Shown one piece after another: positions 42,476 through 53,747 of a stretch of 64,000 nucleotides of DNA. Position numbers and translations under genes: made by a program. This stretch comes from an uncultured Candidatus Rokubacteria bacterium (GTDB lineage: Bacteria; Methylomirabilota; Methylomirabilia; Rokubacteriales; CSP1-6): the NCBI GenBank assembly GCA_963747235.1, contig CAVVEU010000005.1, positions 1 to 64,000 on the forward strand, given 5' to 3'. The stretch's first letter is position 1; every line of letters begins with the position of its first letter. The notes under the pieces are model-generated. The model did no database searches and had not been told where the DNA came from. It was given only the letters and a program-made list of their open reading frames with translations.

Positions 42476-43439
42476 GACGCCGGCCCGCGCCGCACCAGGT
42501 CGGCCAGCATCGCGATGAACGCGGGGTGATCGTTGGCGGCGGCGGCCCGATGGAAGCCGATCCCGCTGGCCCCGGCCACCGCCTTCGCCTCCACGTCGAG
42601 ATCGTAGAGCACCTCGACGTGATCGCAGACGAAGCCGACCGGGACCACCACCACGTCGCGCGCGCCGTCCCGCGCCAGCGCGCGGATGACGTCGGCGACG
42701 TCGGGCTCGAGCCACGGATCGCGCGGCGAGCCGCTGCGGCTCTGATAGGCCACGGACCACGCGGCCCGGCCGACCGCGGCGGCGATGGCGCGCGCCGCGG
42801 TCTCGAGCTGGGCCGCGTAGGGCGAGCCCGCGGCCATGGACACCGGGACGCTGTGGGCGGTGAACACGAGCCGCGCGTCGGCCCGGCGCGCGGGCTCGAT
42901 GCCGGCGAGCGCGGCCCGCGCCCGGTCCACCATCGCCTCGATGAACCGCGGGTGCTCGCTCCAGGGCGGCGCGTAGACCACCTCGGGCGCATCGGGGCCG
43001 ACCTTCTCGCGCGCGGCGGCCACGTCCTCCACGTAGCGTGACCACGAGGCCTCGGTCTGCAACGACGACAGGATGATGCCGAGCGCCCGACGGCAGCCCC
43101 GGTCCTTCATCTCGGCCAGGGTCTCGTGCAGGAACGGCTGCCAGTTCCGCATGCCGACCCAGACCGGCAGCGCGCGCCCGCCGGCGGCGAGCGCCGCGCG
43201 CAGGCCCTCGGCCTGGCGCGCGCGTCAGTTCGTTGAGCGGCGAGCGCCCGCCCATCAGGTCGTAGTGATGCGCGACCTCCTCGAGGCGCTCGGGCGGGAT
43301 ACGGCGGCCCGCGGTGACGAGCTGGAGAAACGGGCGCACGTCCTCCGGGCGCTCCGGCCCGCCGAAGGCGATGAGCAGGACCGAATCGATGCCCTCTCCC
43401 TCGGGAGAGGTCGGGGGAGGGTGCCGATCGACGACTCAT
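42472..43439 (-). CDS. hemH: Ferrochelatase (coproporphyrin type probable); frameshifts
   Basis: AFGGPE, GGRSPLNE, GMRNWQPF, FTAHSVP, YQSRSG..WLEPD, FVCDHVEVLYDLD. Confidence 0.9.
43392..43422. repeat. Half copy of the REP-like palindrome inside the hemH 5' end
   Basis: CCCTCTCCC-TC-GGGAGAGG-TCGGGGGAGGGT. Confidence 0.6.
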
Positions 43440-44475
43440 CGCGCGGACAGCTCGTGGACGATGTCCACGAGGGCCTTCACGTGCTCGACCGGCGTGTCCT
43501 TGTGGATGCCGTGGCCCGAGGTTGAAGACGTGGCCCGGCCGGCCGGCCGCGGCGTCGAGGATCTCGCGGGCCGCGCGGCGGATCGCGGGCACGCCGGCCA
43601 GCAGCACCGCGGGATCCAGGTTGCCCTGCACCGCCACGTCGTGGCCGAGCCGGGCCCACGTGGGCCCGAGCTCCACGCGCCAGTCGAGCCCGATCACGTC
43701 CCCGCCCGCCGCCTTCATGAGCGGCAGCAGCCCGCCGGTGCCCACGCCGAAGTGGATGACCGGCACGCCCGGCCGCAGCGCGGCGATCACACGGCGCGAG
43801 TGCGGGAGCACGAAGTCGCGGTAGTCGGCGGGCGAGAGCGCGCCCACCCACGAGTCGAAGAGCTGCACCGCCTGGACGCCGGCCGCGATCTGCCCGTTCA
43901 GATAGTCGGCGGTGATGTCCGCGAGCCGCGTCATCATCGCGGCCCACGCCGCGGGCTCCTCCCGCATGAGCGTCTTGGTGAGGAGGAACTCGCGCGAAGG
44001 GCCCGCCCTCGATCAGGTACGAGGCGAGCGTGAACGGCGCCCCCGCGAAGCCGATGAGGGGCACGCGGTCGGCGAGCGCCTTGCGCACCCGCCGCACCGT
44101 CTCGAACACGAAGCCGACCGCGTCCTCCACGTCCACCGCGGGCAGCGCCCGCGCGGCCGCCGCGGTGCGCACCGGCCGCGCGATGCGCGGGCCGTCGCCC
44201 GGGGTGAACTCGAGCCCGACCCCGAGCGGCTCGAGCACGAGCAGGATGTCCGCGAAGAGGATCGCCGCGTCCACGCCCAGGCGCTCCACCGGCTGCAGCG
44301 TGACCTCCGCGGCCGCGTCCGGGCTCTTGCACAGCTCGAGAAAGCCGAGCCGCGCGCGCACCGCGCGATACTCCGGCATGTAGCGGCCGGCCTGCCGCAT
44401 GAGCCAGATCGGCGTGAACGGCGTGGGCCGGCGGAGACACGCGTCGAGGAAAGCGGCGGGAACGGCCGGCGACAT
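43436..44475 (-). CDS. hemE: Uroporphyrinogen decarboxylase; frameshifts
   Basis: PIWLMRQAGRYMPEY, AAILFADIL, IGFAGAPFTLASY, QLFDSW, QGNLDP. Confidence 0.95.
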
Positions 44476-44553
44476 GCTGCCCCGAAGCCTACAGGCGGGG
44501 TCTGGCGCAGTCAAGGAAGCGGGGCTATGATCCGCCGCGAGGAGGCTCCCCCC

Positions 44554-46227
44554 ATGTCCTTTCTTTCCGGCAAGCAGGCCTTCCTTCAGATCCTGAAGGA
44601 CGAAGGTGTGGACACCATGTTCGGCAATCCCGGCACCACCGAGCTGCCCCTGATGGACGGGCTCGTGCGGGAGCCGAGCATCCGCTACATCCTGGCCCTG
44701 CAGGAAGCGGTCGCCATCAGCATGGCCGACGGGTACGCGCAGGCGAGCGGCAAGCTGGGCGTGGTCAACGTCCACACCTCGCCGGGCCTCGGCAACGCGA
44801 TGGGCATGCTCTACGACGCCTACGAGGCGGGGACGCCGCTCCTGGTGACCGCGGGCCAGCACGATCAGGCCATGAACCTGACCGAGCCCATCCTCTGGTC
44901 CGATCTGCCCCCGGTCGCGCGCCCGTACGTGAAGTGGTCGCACGAGATCACGCGGCTCGAGGACCTGCCGCGCGCGGTCCGCCGCGCGGTCAAGACCGCG
45001 ATGGCGCATCCGACCGGCCCGGTGTTCCTCTCGCTGCCGGTGGACGTGCTGAACGCGGAGCGCGAGCTGGATCTCCTGCAGTCCACCCGCGTGGCCCCGC
45101 GCATCCGCGGCGACCGCGCCGCGATCGAGGCGGCCGCCGATCTGCTGGTGAAGGCGACGCGGCCCATCCTGATCTCGGGCGACGCGGTGGCCCACGGCGA
45201 CGCGCTGGCCGAGATGGCCCAGCTCGCCGAGGTGCTCGGCGCGCCGGTCTATACCGAGTGCGTGCCGTCCACCTGCTCCTTCCCGTTCACGCACCCGCTC
45301 TACCACGGCCCGTTCCCGCGCCTGGGCCAGCCCATCCGCCAGCTCCTGATGCAGCACGACCTGCTGTTCTCGGTGGGCGGCGACCTCTTCACGCTCTCGC
45401 TGCCGTCGGACGTGGAGCCGATGCCGGAAGGGCTGCCGCTCATCCATCTCGACCTCGACCCCTGGGAGCTCGGCAAGAACTACCCGGCCCAGGTGGCGAT
45501 CCAGGGCGATCCGAAGGCGACGCTGCCCGAGCTGGTGGAGGCGCTCAAGCGACGGCTGACCGCGTCGCAGGCCAAGGACGTGAGCGCGCGGGTGGAGAAG
45601 CTACGGATCGCGCAGGAGGCGCGCCGCGAGGCGCTGCGCCAGGAGGCGGCCGCCCAGGCGAGCCGCCACCCGATCAGCCCGCTCGCGCTGGTGGGCGCGG
45701 TCGCGGGCGCGGTGCCCGACGAGGCCATCATCGTGGACGAGACCATCTCCTCGAGCCACGGCGTCCGCGAATTGCTCCGCGCCCGCGACCACCGCGGCTT
45801 CTACGGCCTGCGCGGCGGCGGCATCGGCTGGGGCCTGCCCGCCTCGATCGGCGTGAAGCTGGCCCAGCCCAGCCGGCCGGTGATCGCGCTGGTCGGCGAC
45901 GGCAGCGCCATGTACACGATCCAGTCGCTCTGGACGGCCGCGCACGACTCCGTCGCGGTGGTCTTCGTGATCTTCAACAACCAGTCCTATCGCATCCTCA
46001 AGCAGCGCACCCAGGCGCTCAAGGGCTTCTCCGCCGAGGACAACGAGTACGTGGCGATGGACCTGGTGAAGCCGGGGCTCGACTACGTGGGGCTCGCGAA
46101 GGCGCAGGGCGTGCCGGGCGAGACGGTGGAGAAGACGGCCGACGTGGCCACCGCGATCAAGCGCGGGATGGCGTCGGGCGGGCCCTACCTGGTGGACGTC
46201 CGCATCGACGGCTCGCTCCGCGCCTGA
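44554..46227 (+). CDS. ThDP-dependent decarboxylase (benzoylformate decarboxylase-like)
   Basis: FGNPGTTELP, LQEAVA, GGGIGWGLP, GDGSAMY..NN motif. Confidence 0.85.
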   Translation: MSFLSGKQAFLQILKDEGVDTMFGNPGTTELPLMDGLVREPSIRYILALQEAVAISMADGYAQASGKLGVVNVHTSPGLGNAMGMLYDAYEAGTPLLVTAGQHDQAMNLTEPILWSDLPPVARPYVKWSHEITRLEDLPRAVRRAVKTAMAHPTGPVFLSLPVDVLNAERELDLLQSTRVAPRIRGDRAAIEAAADLLVKATRPILISGDAVAHGDALAEMAQLAEVLGAPVYTECVPSTCSFPFTHPLYHGPFPRLGQPIRQLLMQHDLLFSVGGDLFTLSLPSDVEPMPEGLPLIHLDLDPWELGKNYPAQVAIQGDPKATLPELVEALKRRLTASQAKDVSARVEKLRIAQEARREALRQEAAAQASRHPISPLALVGAVAGAVPDEAIIVDETISSSHGVRELLRARDHRGFYGLRGGGIGWGLPASIGVKLAQPSRPVIALVGDGSAMYTIQSLWTAAHDSVAVVFVIFNNQSYRILKQRTQALKGFSAEDNEYVAMDLVKPGLDYVGLAKAQGVPGETVEKTADVATAIKRGMASGGPYLVDVRIDGSLRA

Positions 46228-46242
46228 GCGCGGGCGGTCGGC

Positions 46243-49200
46243 TCAGGTGGCCCCGGCCTCCGCGGTGGCCAGGAGCTCGCGCACCCGGTCGGTGAAGACC
46301 TCGGGCGTGAAGGGCTTCGCCACGAACGCGGAGTGCTCGCTGGCCAGCACGGTCCGCGCGGCGGCGTCCTGCACGTAGCCCGAGATGTAGAGCACCGGCA
46401 GCGCGGTCCGCAGCGCGCGCAGCCGCTCGGCCAGGTCGCGGCCCGACATGCCGGGCATCACCATGTCGGTGACGAGCAGGTGGATCTCCCCCTCGTGGAG
46501 CCGCGCGACCTCGATCGCGGCCGCGCCGTTGGGCGCGCCGAGGACGGTGTAGCCGACGCGCTTCAGGATCTCGGTGGCCAGCTCCAGCACCTCCGGCTCG
46601 TCGTCCACCACCAGGACTGTTCGTGACGTGGTTCGCAGGCGCCGCGCCTCGTCGGCGGGCTGGCCGGAAACGGCGACCGGCTCCTCCACGCGCGGCAGAT
46701 GGATGGTGAACGTGGTGCCGCGGCCGAGCTCGCTCTGGACCTGGATGTGGCCGTGGCTCTGCTCCACGATTCCGTAGACGGTCGAGAGCCCGAGACCGGT
46801 CCCCTTGCCCTGCTCCTTGGTAGTAAAAAATGGCTCGAAGATGTGCGCGGCGGTCTCCGCGCTCATGCCGGAGCCGGTATCGCCGACCGCGAGCGCCACG
46901 TAGGGCCCAGGCGGCAGGTTGGTCTGGTGGAGCGCGGCCGCCTCGTCCACCAGGACGTCGCGGATGGAGACGTGGATGCGGCCGCCGTCCGGCATGGCGT
47001 CGCGCGCGTTGACCGCGAGATTCATCAGCACCTGCTGCATCTGGCTGGGATCGGCCTTGACCCGCCCCGTGCCCTCCACCGGCTCGACCATGAGCTCCAT
47101 GTTCTCGCCGATCATCCGCTGCAGCATCGGCAGCAGGTCGGCCACCAGCGGCCCCAGCTCGAGCACGCGCGGCTGCACGACCTGCTTGCGGCTGAAGGCC
47201 AGGAGCTGGCTCGTGAGCGCCACCGCCCGCTGCGAGGTCTTCTGGATCAGGTCCACGTCGCGGTGCATCGGGTCGCCCGGCTTGAGCCGGCTCATCAGCA
47301 TGTGGGCCCGACCGCTGATGACGGTCAGCAGGTTGTTGAAGTCGTGGGCGACCCCGCCCGCGAGGCGGCCCACCGCCTCCATCTTCTGCGCCTGCTGGAG
47401 CTGCATCTCGAGGCTGCTCCGGGCCGCGGCCGCGCGCTTCTCCTCGGTGAGGTCGCGGACGTAGGCGTTGAACGCGGGCGGCCCCTCCATCCGCACCACG
47501 GTGACGGTCAGCTCCACCGGGAACTCGGTCCCGTCGGCGCGCCGCGCGGTCACCTCGATGCGGCCCCCCAGCAGGGTGTGCTCGCCGGTCGCCAGGTAGC
47601 GCGCCAGCCCGCGCCGGTGCGCGTCCTGGAAGGACGGCGGGATGATCACCTCGGCCAGCTCCCGGCCGATGACGTCCGCGCGCGCGTACCCGAACATCCG
47701 CTCGGCCGCCGGGTTGAACTCGCTCACCCGCCCCTGGTGGTCCATGCCGACGAGGGCGTCCATCGCGGTTTCCAGGACCGCGCGATGCCGGGCCTCGCTG
47801 TCGCGCAGCACCGACTCGCCCCGCTTTCGCTCGGAGATGTCGGCCATGCTCCCGACCACGCGCACCGCGCGGCCGGCCGCGTCGCGCACGAACCGGCCGC
47901 GGTCGAGCACGTCGAGGTAGCGGCCGTCGCGGGCCCGGAAGCGGTATTCCGCCTCGAAATCGTCGCCGCCGGCCGCGGCGGCCTGGAAGCGCTCCTCGAC
48001 CCGCGGCCGGTCGTCGGGATGGATCCGCTCGCTCCACCAGTCATACGTCGGCGCGGCCTCTTCGAGGGGGTAGCCGCACATCTCGGTGAGCCCCTGCGTC
48101 CACGTCATCGTGCCGTGCTGCAGGTTCCAGTCGTAGATGGCGGAGCCCACCGCGGACGCGGCGAGCTCGAACCGCTCGTTGGCCCGGCGCAGCCGGCGCT
48201 CGGCGGTCTGCAGCTCGGCGCCGAGCCGGCGGGCCGCGGTGAGCGCGCGGGTCTGCAGGAGCGTGATCACGAAGACGAGGACGCTGATCAGGAGACCGCT
48301 GCCCAGGACCCAGTAGGGCACGAGCCGCTCGGAGAGGGAATGGAAGGCGGGCAGCGTCGCGAGGCGCAGCGTCCAGGTCTGGCCGCCGAACACGACCGGA
48401 ACCGTGCGGCTCAGCTCGCGCGGGGCCTCCGCGGAGCCGGGGTCGCGATCGTAGATGAGGCGGCCCGGCGTCGCCTCGGGCGCGTCGAAGAGCTCCAGAT
48501 CCACCGGCTCGGAGCGGGAGGCGCCGAACAGCTCGTCCATCAGGAGATCGGGCCGGAACGTCGCGGCCACGAAGCCCTCGAAGTGTTGCCGGCGCTCCTC
48601 GACCGTCGCGAGCGAGCGCCCACCCCGATACACCGGGAGGAAGATGACGAAGCCCTGTCCCTCGCTCTGGCGAAACAGGGCGAGCCGCCGGCTCATCGCC
48701 GCGACGCCGGTATCCCGGGCCCGCTCCATGGCCTCCCGATTTTCCGGGCGCGTGGCCACGTCCAGGCCGAACCAGCGCGCCTCGAAGGCCTCGGCGGGCT
48801 CGAGAAACGCCACGGGATGGAACTCCGACTGGCTCTCCACCGGGTGGATCTCGTAGCCGGCGGGCGCGCCGCCCCGGCGCATCAGCGCCTCGTGCGCGGC
48901 CCGGGACGCGGCGGGGACCCGGGGAATCCAGCTCATGCCCGCGGATGCTCGGGTAGCGGGCGTCGAGGCTCAGGCCCGCGACGAAGGACCGGAACTCGGC
49001 GCGCTCCACCGTGCTGCTGCTCGCGAAGAGGGCGCGCAGGCCCATCAGGATCTGCAGGTAGGACTCGAAGCGCCGGTCGATCGCGGCGCGGCCGACCGCC
49101 ACCACCCGGTCGAAGCGCTCCTGCTCGCTGGCGCGCACGGTGCGCTCCGCGTAGCGCCACGCGCCGAGGGTCAGCAGCAGCGTGCAGGCGAGCACGACGT

Positions 49201-49301
49201 AGGCGGGCCACGCGCGGCGGAGGGCGTCGAGGGACGACGGGGTGGGAGGGCCGGCTACGCCGACCGCGGCTCCGGAGCGGCTCGTTCCGACCTGGACTCA
49301 T
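46243..49301 (-). CDS. CHASE-PAS-PAS hybrid histidine kinase with REC; frameshifts near 48940 and 49235
   Basis: CHASE (EAMERARDTG), PAS, GVAHDFNNLL, NARDAM, REC; start approximate. Confidence 0.85.
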
Positions 49302-49450
49302 GCTACGTCACGCCCGTTTCGATAGTACTCCGTCGCGCGCGCGCCACCAACGCTCTTGCGCTGTGCCGGGCCGCGGGTATACCGTCATTTGCGCATGCCG
49401 GCCCGCGTACGCCGTCCGCGGAATACTCGCCGCTTCGAGAGGAGTCAACG

Positions 49451-50580
49451 ATGACCGAGGGCAGCCAGCTCATCCGGGGTCTGGAGGGCGTGGTGGCCGC
49501 CGAGACGCGTCTCTGCGACCTGGACGGCCGGAACGGCCGCCTGGCCTACGGCGGCTACGATATCGACGAGCTGGCGCGTCAGGCCACCTTCGAGGACGTC
49601 GCCTACCTGCTCTGGCACGACGAGCTGCCCGCGCGGGCGCCGCGCGAGCGATTCCAGGCCGAGCTGGCCGCGGCGCGGCCCATTCCCGACGCGCTGATCC
49701 GCGCCTTCGCCCTCATGCCGCGCGACACCGATCCCATGCGGGTGCTCCAGGCCGCCGTGGCGATCCTCGGCATGCACGATCCGGACGCCACCGACAACTC
49801 GCGCGCGGCCAACCTGCGCAAGTCGGTGCGCCTCACCAGCCAGTTCACCACCGCCATCTGCGCGCATCACCGGGTGCGGAGCGGGCTGGCGCCGGTGCCG
49901 CCGTCGAAGGAGCTCTCCCACGCGGCCAACTTCCTGTACATGCTCACCGGGGAAGCGCCGAGCCCGGTCACCACCCGCGCGGTGGACGCGAGCCTCACGC
50001 TCTACGCCGAGCACGAGCTGAACGCGTCCACCTTCACGACCCGCGTCATCGCGGCCACGCTCTCGGACATGCACTCCGCGGTGGCGGGCGGGGTGGGCGC
50101 GCTGAAGGGCACGCTCCACGGCGGCGCCGGCGAGGCGGTGATGCGCACGCTGCTGGAAGTCGGCACGCTCGACAACGTGGACGCCTTCGTGGACCGCTCG
50201 ATGGGCGAGAAGCGGCGGCTCATGGGCTTCGGGCACCGCGTCTACACCGCGGGCGACCCGCGCGCGACCATCCTGAAGGGCCTCGCCGAGGCGGCCTGCC
50301 GCCAGTCCGGCCAGGCCCTCTGGTACGACCTGGCGGTCGCGCTCCACGCCAAGGTGCAGGCCACCAAGCGTCTCATCCCCAACGTGGACTTCTACTCGGC
50401 GCCGCTCTTCTACTCGATCGGCATCCCGGTGGACCTCTTCACCCCGGTGATCGCGGCGGCCCGCATCGCGGGCTGGACCGCCAACCTGCTCGAGCAGTAC
50501 GACGACAACCGCCTGATCCGCCCCCGCGCCGACTACAAGGGCCACCCCCGCCGCCCCTTCGTCCCCCTCGACAAGCGATC
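49451..50580 (+). CDS. Citrate / 2-methylcitrate synthase; stop codon not visible
   Basis: GLEGV, AEHELNAST, LHGGA, MGFGHRVY, PNVDFYSA, RLIRP; expected end FVPLDKR at the repeat. Confidence 0.9.
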
Positions 50581-50587
50581 GAATCAA

Positions 50588-50654
50588 GGGGAGAGGGTCA
50601 GGGTGAGGGTCCGGTGGAGGAGCGCGAGGCGATCACGGCCCTCACCCGGCCTCT
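50588..50654. repeat. Degenerate inverted pair of the REP-like element
   Basis: GGGGAGAGGGTCAGGGTGAGGG ... CCCTCACCCGGCCTCT. Confidence 0.65.
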
Positions 50655-50672
50655 GGAAGGGAGAAGAGAGCG

Positions 50673-52610
50673 ATGGGCCAGAGCCTCACGCGCAAGCTCC
50701 TCGACGCCCACCTGGTCTCGGGCAAGACGGTAGCCGGCGAAGAGATCGGGCTCCGCGTGGACCAGGCGCTGCTCACCGACACCAACGGGACCATGGCCTT
50801 CCTGCAGTTCGAGGCCATGGGCTTCCCGCTGGTGCGCCCGTCGCGCGTGGTCGCCTACATCGACCACAACGTGTACCAGGTGGACTCGCGCAACTCGGAC
50901 GACCACCGGTATCTCCAGACCGCCGCGGCCCGGTACGGCGCCTGGTTCTCCAAGCCCGGCAACGGCATCTGCCACCAGGTGCACTTCGAGTCCTTCAGCG
51001 TCCCGGGCCAGTTCGTGCTGGGCACCGACAGCCACACCCCGCTCTGCGGCTCGACCGGCATGCTGGCCATCGGCGCGGGCGGCCTCGACGTGGCGGTGGC
51101 CATGGGCGGCGGGCCGTATCACGTCGTCATGCCGCGCGTGACGCAAGTGTGGCTCACCGGGCGGCTTCGCCCGTGGGTCTCGGCCAAGGACGTGATCATG
51201 GAGCTGCTGCGCCGCTACACGGTGCGCGGGGGCAGCGGCCGCATCTTCGAATATGGCGGGCCCGGCGCGGCGACGCTCTCCCTGCCCCAGCGGGCCACCA
51301 TCTGCAACATGGGCGCCGAGCTGACGCTGACCACCAGCGTGTTCCCGTCGGACGAGGCGACGCGCGAGTACTTCCGGCTCCTCGGACGCGAGGCGGACTG
51401 GCGGCCGCTGGCCCCGGACGCCGACGCGGAGTACGACGACCGGATCGAGCTCGATCTCTCGAGCCTCGAGCCGCTGGTCGCCATGCCCGGATCGCCGGAC
51501 CGCGTGGTCCCGGTGTCGGAGGTCGAGGGGCTCGAGATCGAGCAGGTCATGGTGGGCTCCTGCACCAACTCCTCGTGGGAGGACATGCAGGCGGTGACCC
51601 GCGTGCTCGAGGGCCGGAAGGTCGCGCCGTCGGTCTCCTTCGTGGTCTTCCCGGGCAGCCACCGCATCCTCGAGGTGATGGCGCGCGAGGGACTGCTCGC
51701 GACCCTGCTCGCGGCGGGCGCCACGATCTCCGAGCCCACCTGCGGCGCCTGCGCGGGCATCGGCCACGTGCCCGCCTCGGGCGGACGCAGCCTGCGCGCC
51801 TTCAACCGCAACTTCCCGGGCCGGAGCGGCACGAAGGACGACGCGGTCTACCTGTGCTCGCCGCTGACCGCCGCCGTGTCGGCCCTGACAGGAAGGATCA
51901 GCGACCCTCGAAAAGCCGGCACCCCGCCCGAGCGGCACTGGCCGGCCACCCTGGTGGCCTCGGTGGCCGGGCTGATCCCGCCACTCTCGCCGTCCGAGGC
52001 GGCCGGCGTCGAGGTCCTGAAGGGCCCGAACATCAAGCCGGTGCCGCGCGGCGTGCCGACCGAGGAGCGCCTGAGCGCGCCGGTGCTCATCAAGCTCGGC
52101 GACAAGGTCTCCACCGACGACATCTCGCCCTCCGGCACCGCGGTGCTGATGTTCCGCTCCAACGTGCCGGCCATCTCGGAGTTCTGCTTCCGCAACGTGG
52201 ATCCCGACTTCGTGGCCCGCGCCCGCGCGGCGGGCGGGGGCGTCATCGTGGGCGGCGAGATCTACGGCCAGGGCTCCTCGCGCGAGGCGGCGGTGCTCTC
52301 GCCGCTCCACCTGGGCGTGCGGGCGGTGCTGGCCAAGAGCTTCGCCCGCATCCACCGCTCCAACCTGATCAACTGGGGTATCGCGCCGCTCGAGTTCGAG
52401 AACCCGGCGGACGCCGACGCCATCGAGCGCGACGACGTGCTCGACTTCGAGAGCCTGCGCGAGAGCCTCGCGGCGGGCAGCGCCGTCGCGGTGGTGAACC
52501 GGCGCACCGGGGCGCGCTTCCGCGTGCGCTCGATCCTGAGCCCGCGCGAGCGCGACATGCTGCTGGCCGGCGGCCTGCTCACCCAGACCGCCGCCTCCAG
52601 GGGGGAATAG
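50673..52610 (+). CDS. Aconitate hydratase family (fused large and swivel domains)
   Basis: DHN, GICHQ, DSHT, GSCTN, CGACAG, FNRNF, YGQGSSRE. Confidence 0.9.
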   Translation: MGQSLTRKLLDAHLVSGKTVAGEEIGLRVDQALLTDTNGTMAFLQFEAMGFPLVRPSRVVAYIDHNVYQVDSRNSDDHRYLQTAAARYGAWFSKPGNGICHQVHFESFSVPGQFVLGTDSHTPLCGSTGMLAIGAGGLDVAVAMGGGPYHVVMPRVTQVWLTGRLRPWVSAKDVIMELLRRYTVRGGSGRIFEYGGPGAATLSLPQRATICNMGAELTLTTSVFPSDEATREYFRLLGREADWRPLAPDADAEYDDRIELDLSSLEPLVAMPGSPDRVVPVSEVEGLEIEQVMVGSCTNSSWEDMQAVTRVLEGRKVAPSVSFVVFPGSHRILEVMAREGLLATLLAAGATISEPTCGACAGIGHVPASGGRSLRAFNRNFPGRSGTKDDAVYLCSPLTAAVSALTGRISDPRKAGTPPERHWPATLVASVAGLIPPLSPSEAAGVEVLKGPNIKPVPRGVPTEERLSAPVLIKLGDKVSTDDISPSGTAVLMFRSNVPAISEFCFRNVDPDFVARARAAGGGVIVGGEIYGQGSSREAAVLSPLHLGVRAVLAKSFARIHRSNLINWGIAPLEFENPADADAIERDDVLDFESLRESLAAGSAVAVVNRRTGARFRVRSILSPRERDMLLAGGLLTQTAASRGE

Positions 52611-52613
52611 CTC

Positions 52614-53711
52614 ATGGCCCAGCACCGCATCCGGGCGGTCTACATGCGCGGCGGCACCAGCCGCTGCCTCGCCTTTCACGAGCGCGATCTGCCGCCGGCG
52701 GGGCCCGAGCGCGACCGCATCCTGCTCTCCGCGCTGGGCAGCCCCGATCCCTACGGCCGCCAGCTCAACGGGCTCGGCGGCGGCATCTCCTCGCTGTCGA
52801 AGGCCTTCATCATCGGCGCGCCCACGCACCCGGACGCCCAGGTGGACTACACCTTCGCGCAGGTCGAGGTGGGCCGGGCCGTGGTGGACTACACCGGCAA
52901 CTGCGGCAACTGCTCCTCGGCGGTGGGCCCCTTCGCCATCGACGAGCGGCTCGTGCCGTCGGCCGACGGGGAGACCCCGGTACGGATCCACAACACCAAC
53001 ACCAAGAAGATCATCGTGGCGCGCGTGCCGGTCACGGACGGCGAGGCCGCGGTGCTGGGCGACTTCGAGCTGCCGGGCGTGGCCGGCCTCGGCGCGCGCA
53101 TCGCGCTCGACTTCCTCGACCCGGGCGGCTCCCGAACCGGCCGGCTGCTGCCCTCCGGTCGGGCGCGCGAGATCATCGCGGGCGTCGAGGCTTCGATGGT
53201 GGACGCCACCAACCCGATGGTCTTCGTTCGCGCCAAGGACCTCGGGCTGACCGGCACCGAGACGCCGCAGGCGATGGACGGCGACCGAGCGCTGGTGGCG
53301 CGGCTCGAGGCCATTCGCGTGGGCGCCGCGGAGGCCATGGGCATCCCGGGCAGCGCGGCCACCCCGAAGATCGCGGTGGTGGCGCCGCCCACCGGCTTCG
53401 TCGCGCTCGACGGCGCCGCCTACGACGCCGAGCAGACCGACGTGGTGGCGCGCTGCATCTCGATGGGCAATGCCCATCGCGCGTTCGCGCTGACCGCGGC
53501 CATGTGCCTGGCGGTGGCCGCCCAGATCGACGGCACGGTGGTGAGCGAGTGCGCGGGCGGCCGCGTGGGCGACCTGCGGCTCGGGCACCCGTCGGGCGTG
53601 CTCCCGATCGCGGCGACGGTGGGCCGCAAGGACGGCGCGGCCTGGGCCGAGCGCGTGACCGTGTACCGGACGGCGCGCCGGCTGATGGAAGGCTACGTGA
53701 GGGTGCCGTGA
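52614..53711 (+). CDS. prpF: PrpF / 2-methylaconitate isomerase family
   Basis: YMRGGTSR, GSPDPYGRQLNGLGGG, GNCGN, RTARRLMEG. Confidence 0.85.
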   Translation: MAQHRIRAVYMRGGTSRCLAFHERDLPPAGPERDRILLSALGSPDPYGRQLNGLGGGISSLSKAFIIGAPTHPDAQVDYTFAQVEVGRAVVDYTGNCGNCSSAVGPFAIDERLVPSADGETPVRIHNTNTKKIIVARVPVTDGEAAVLGDFELPGVAGLGARIALDFLDPGGSRTGRLLPSGRAREIIAGVEASMVDATNPMVFVRAKDLGLTGTETPQAMDGDRALVARLEAIRVGAAEAMGIPGSAATPKIAVVAPPTGFVALDGAAYDAEQTDVVARCISMGNAHRAFALTAAMCLAVAAQIDGTVVSECAGGRVGDLRLGHPSGVLPIAATVGRKDGAAWAERVTVYRTARRLMEGYVRVP

Positions 53712-53747
53712 CCGCGGGCGCCCGCCCGCGCTGACCCCGCGCTAAAC

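Noticed and set aside
44554-46227. ThDP enzyme as 2-hydroxyisobutyryl-CoA lyase linked to the HCM locus
   Set aside because: The GNPGTTE motif points to the benzoylformate decarboxylase family, and the gene lies about 9.5 kb away beyond unrelated genes
48935-53734. 1599-aa ORF and other very long ORFs (999..4199, 17298..20666, 46699..50733, 41078..43339) as giant fusions
   Set aside because: Real genes joined to Arg/Pro/Ala-rich off-frame readthrough, typical of high-GC DNA with indels
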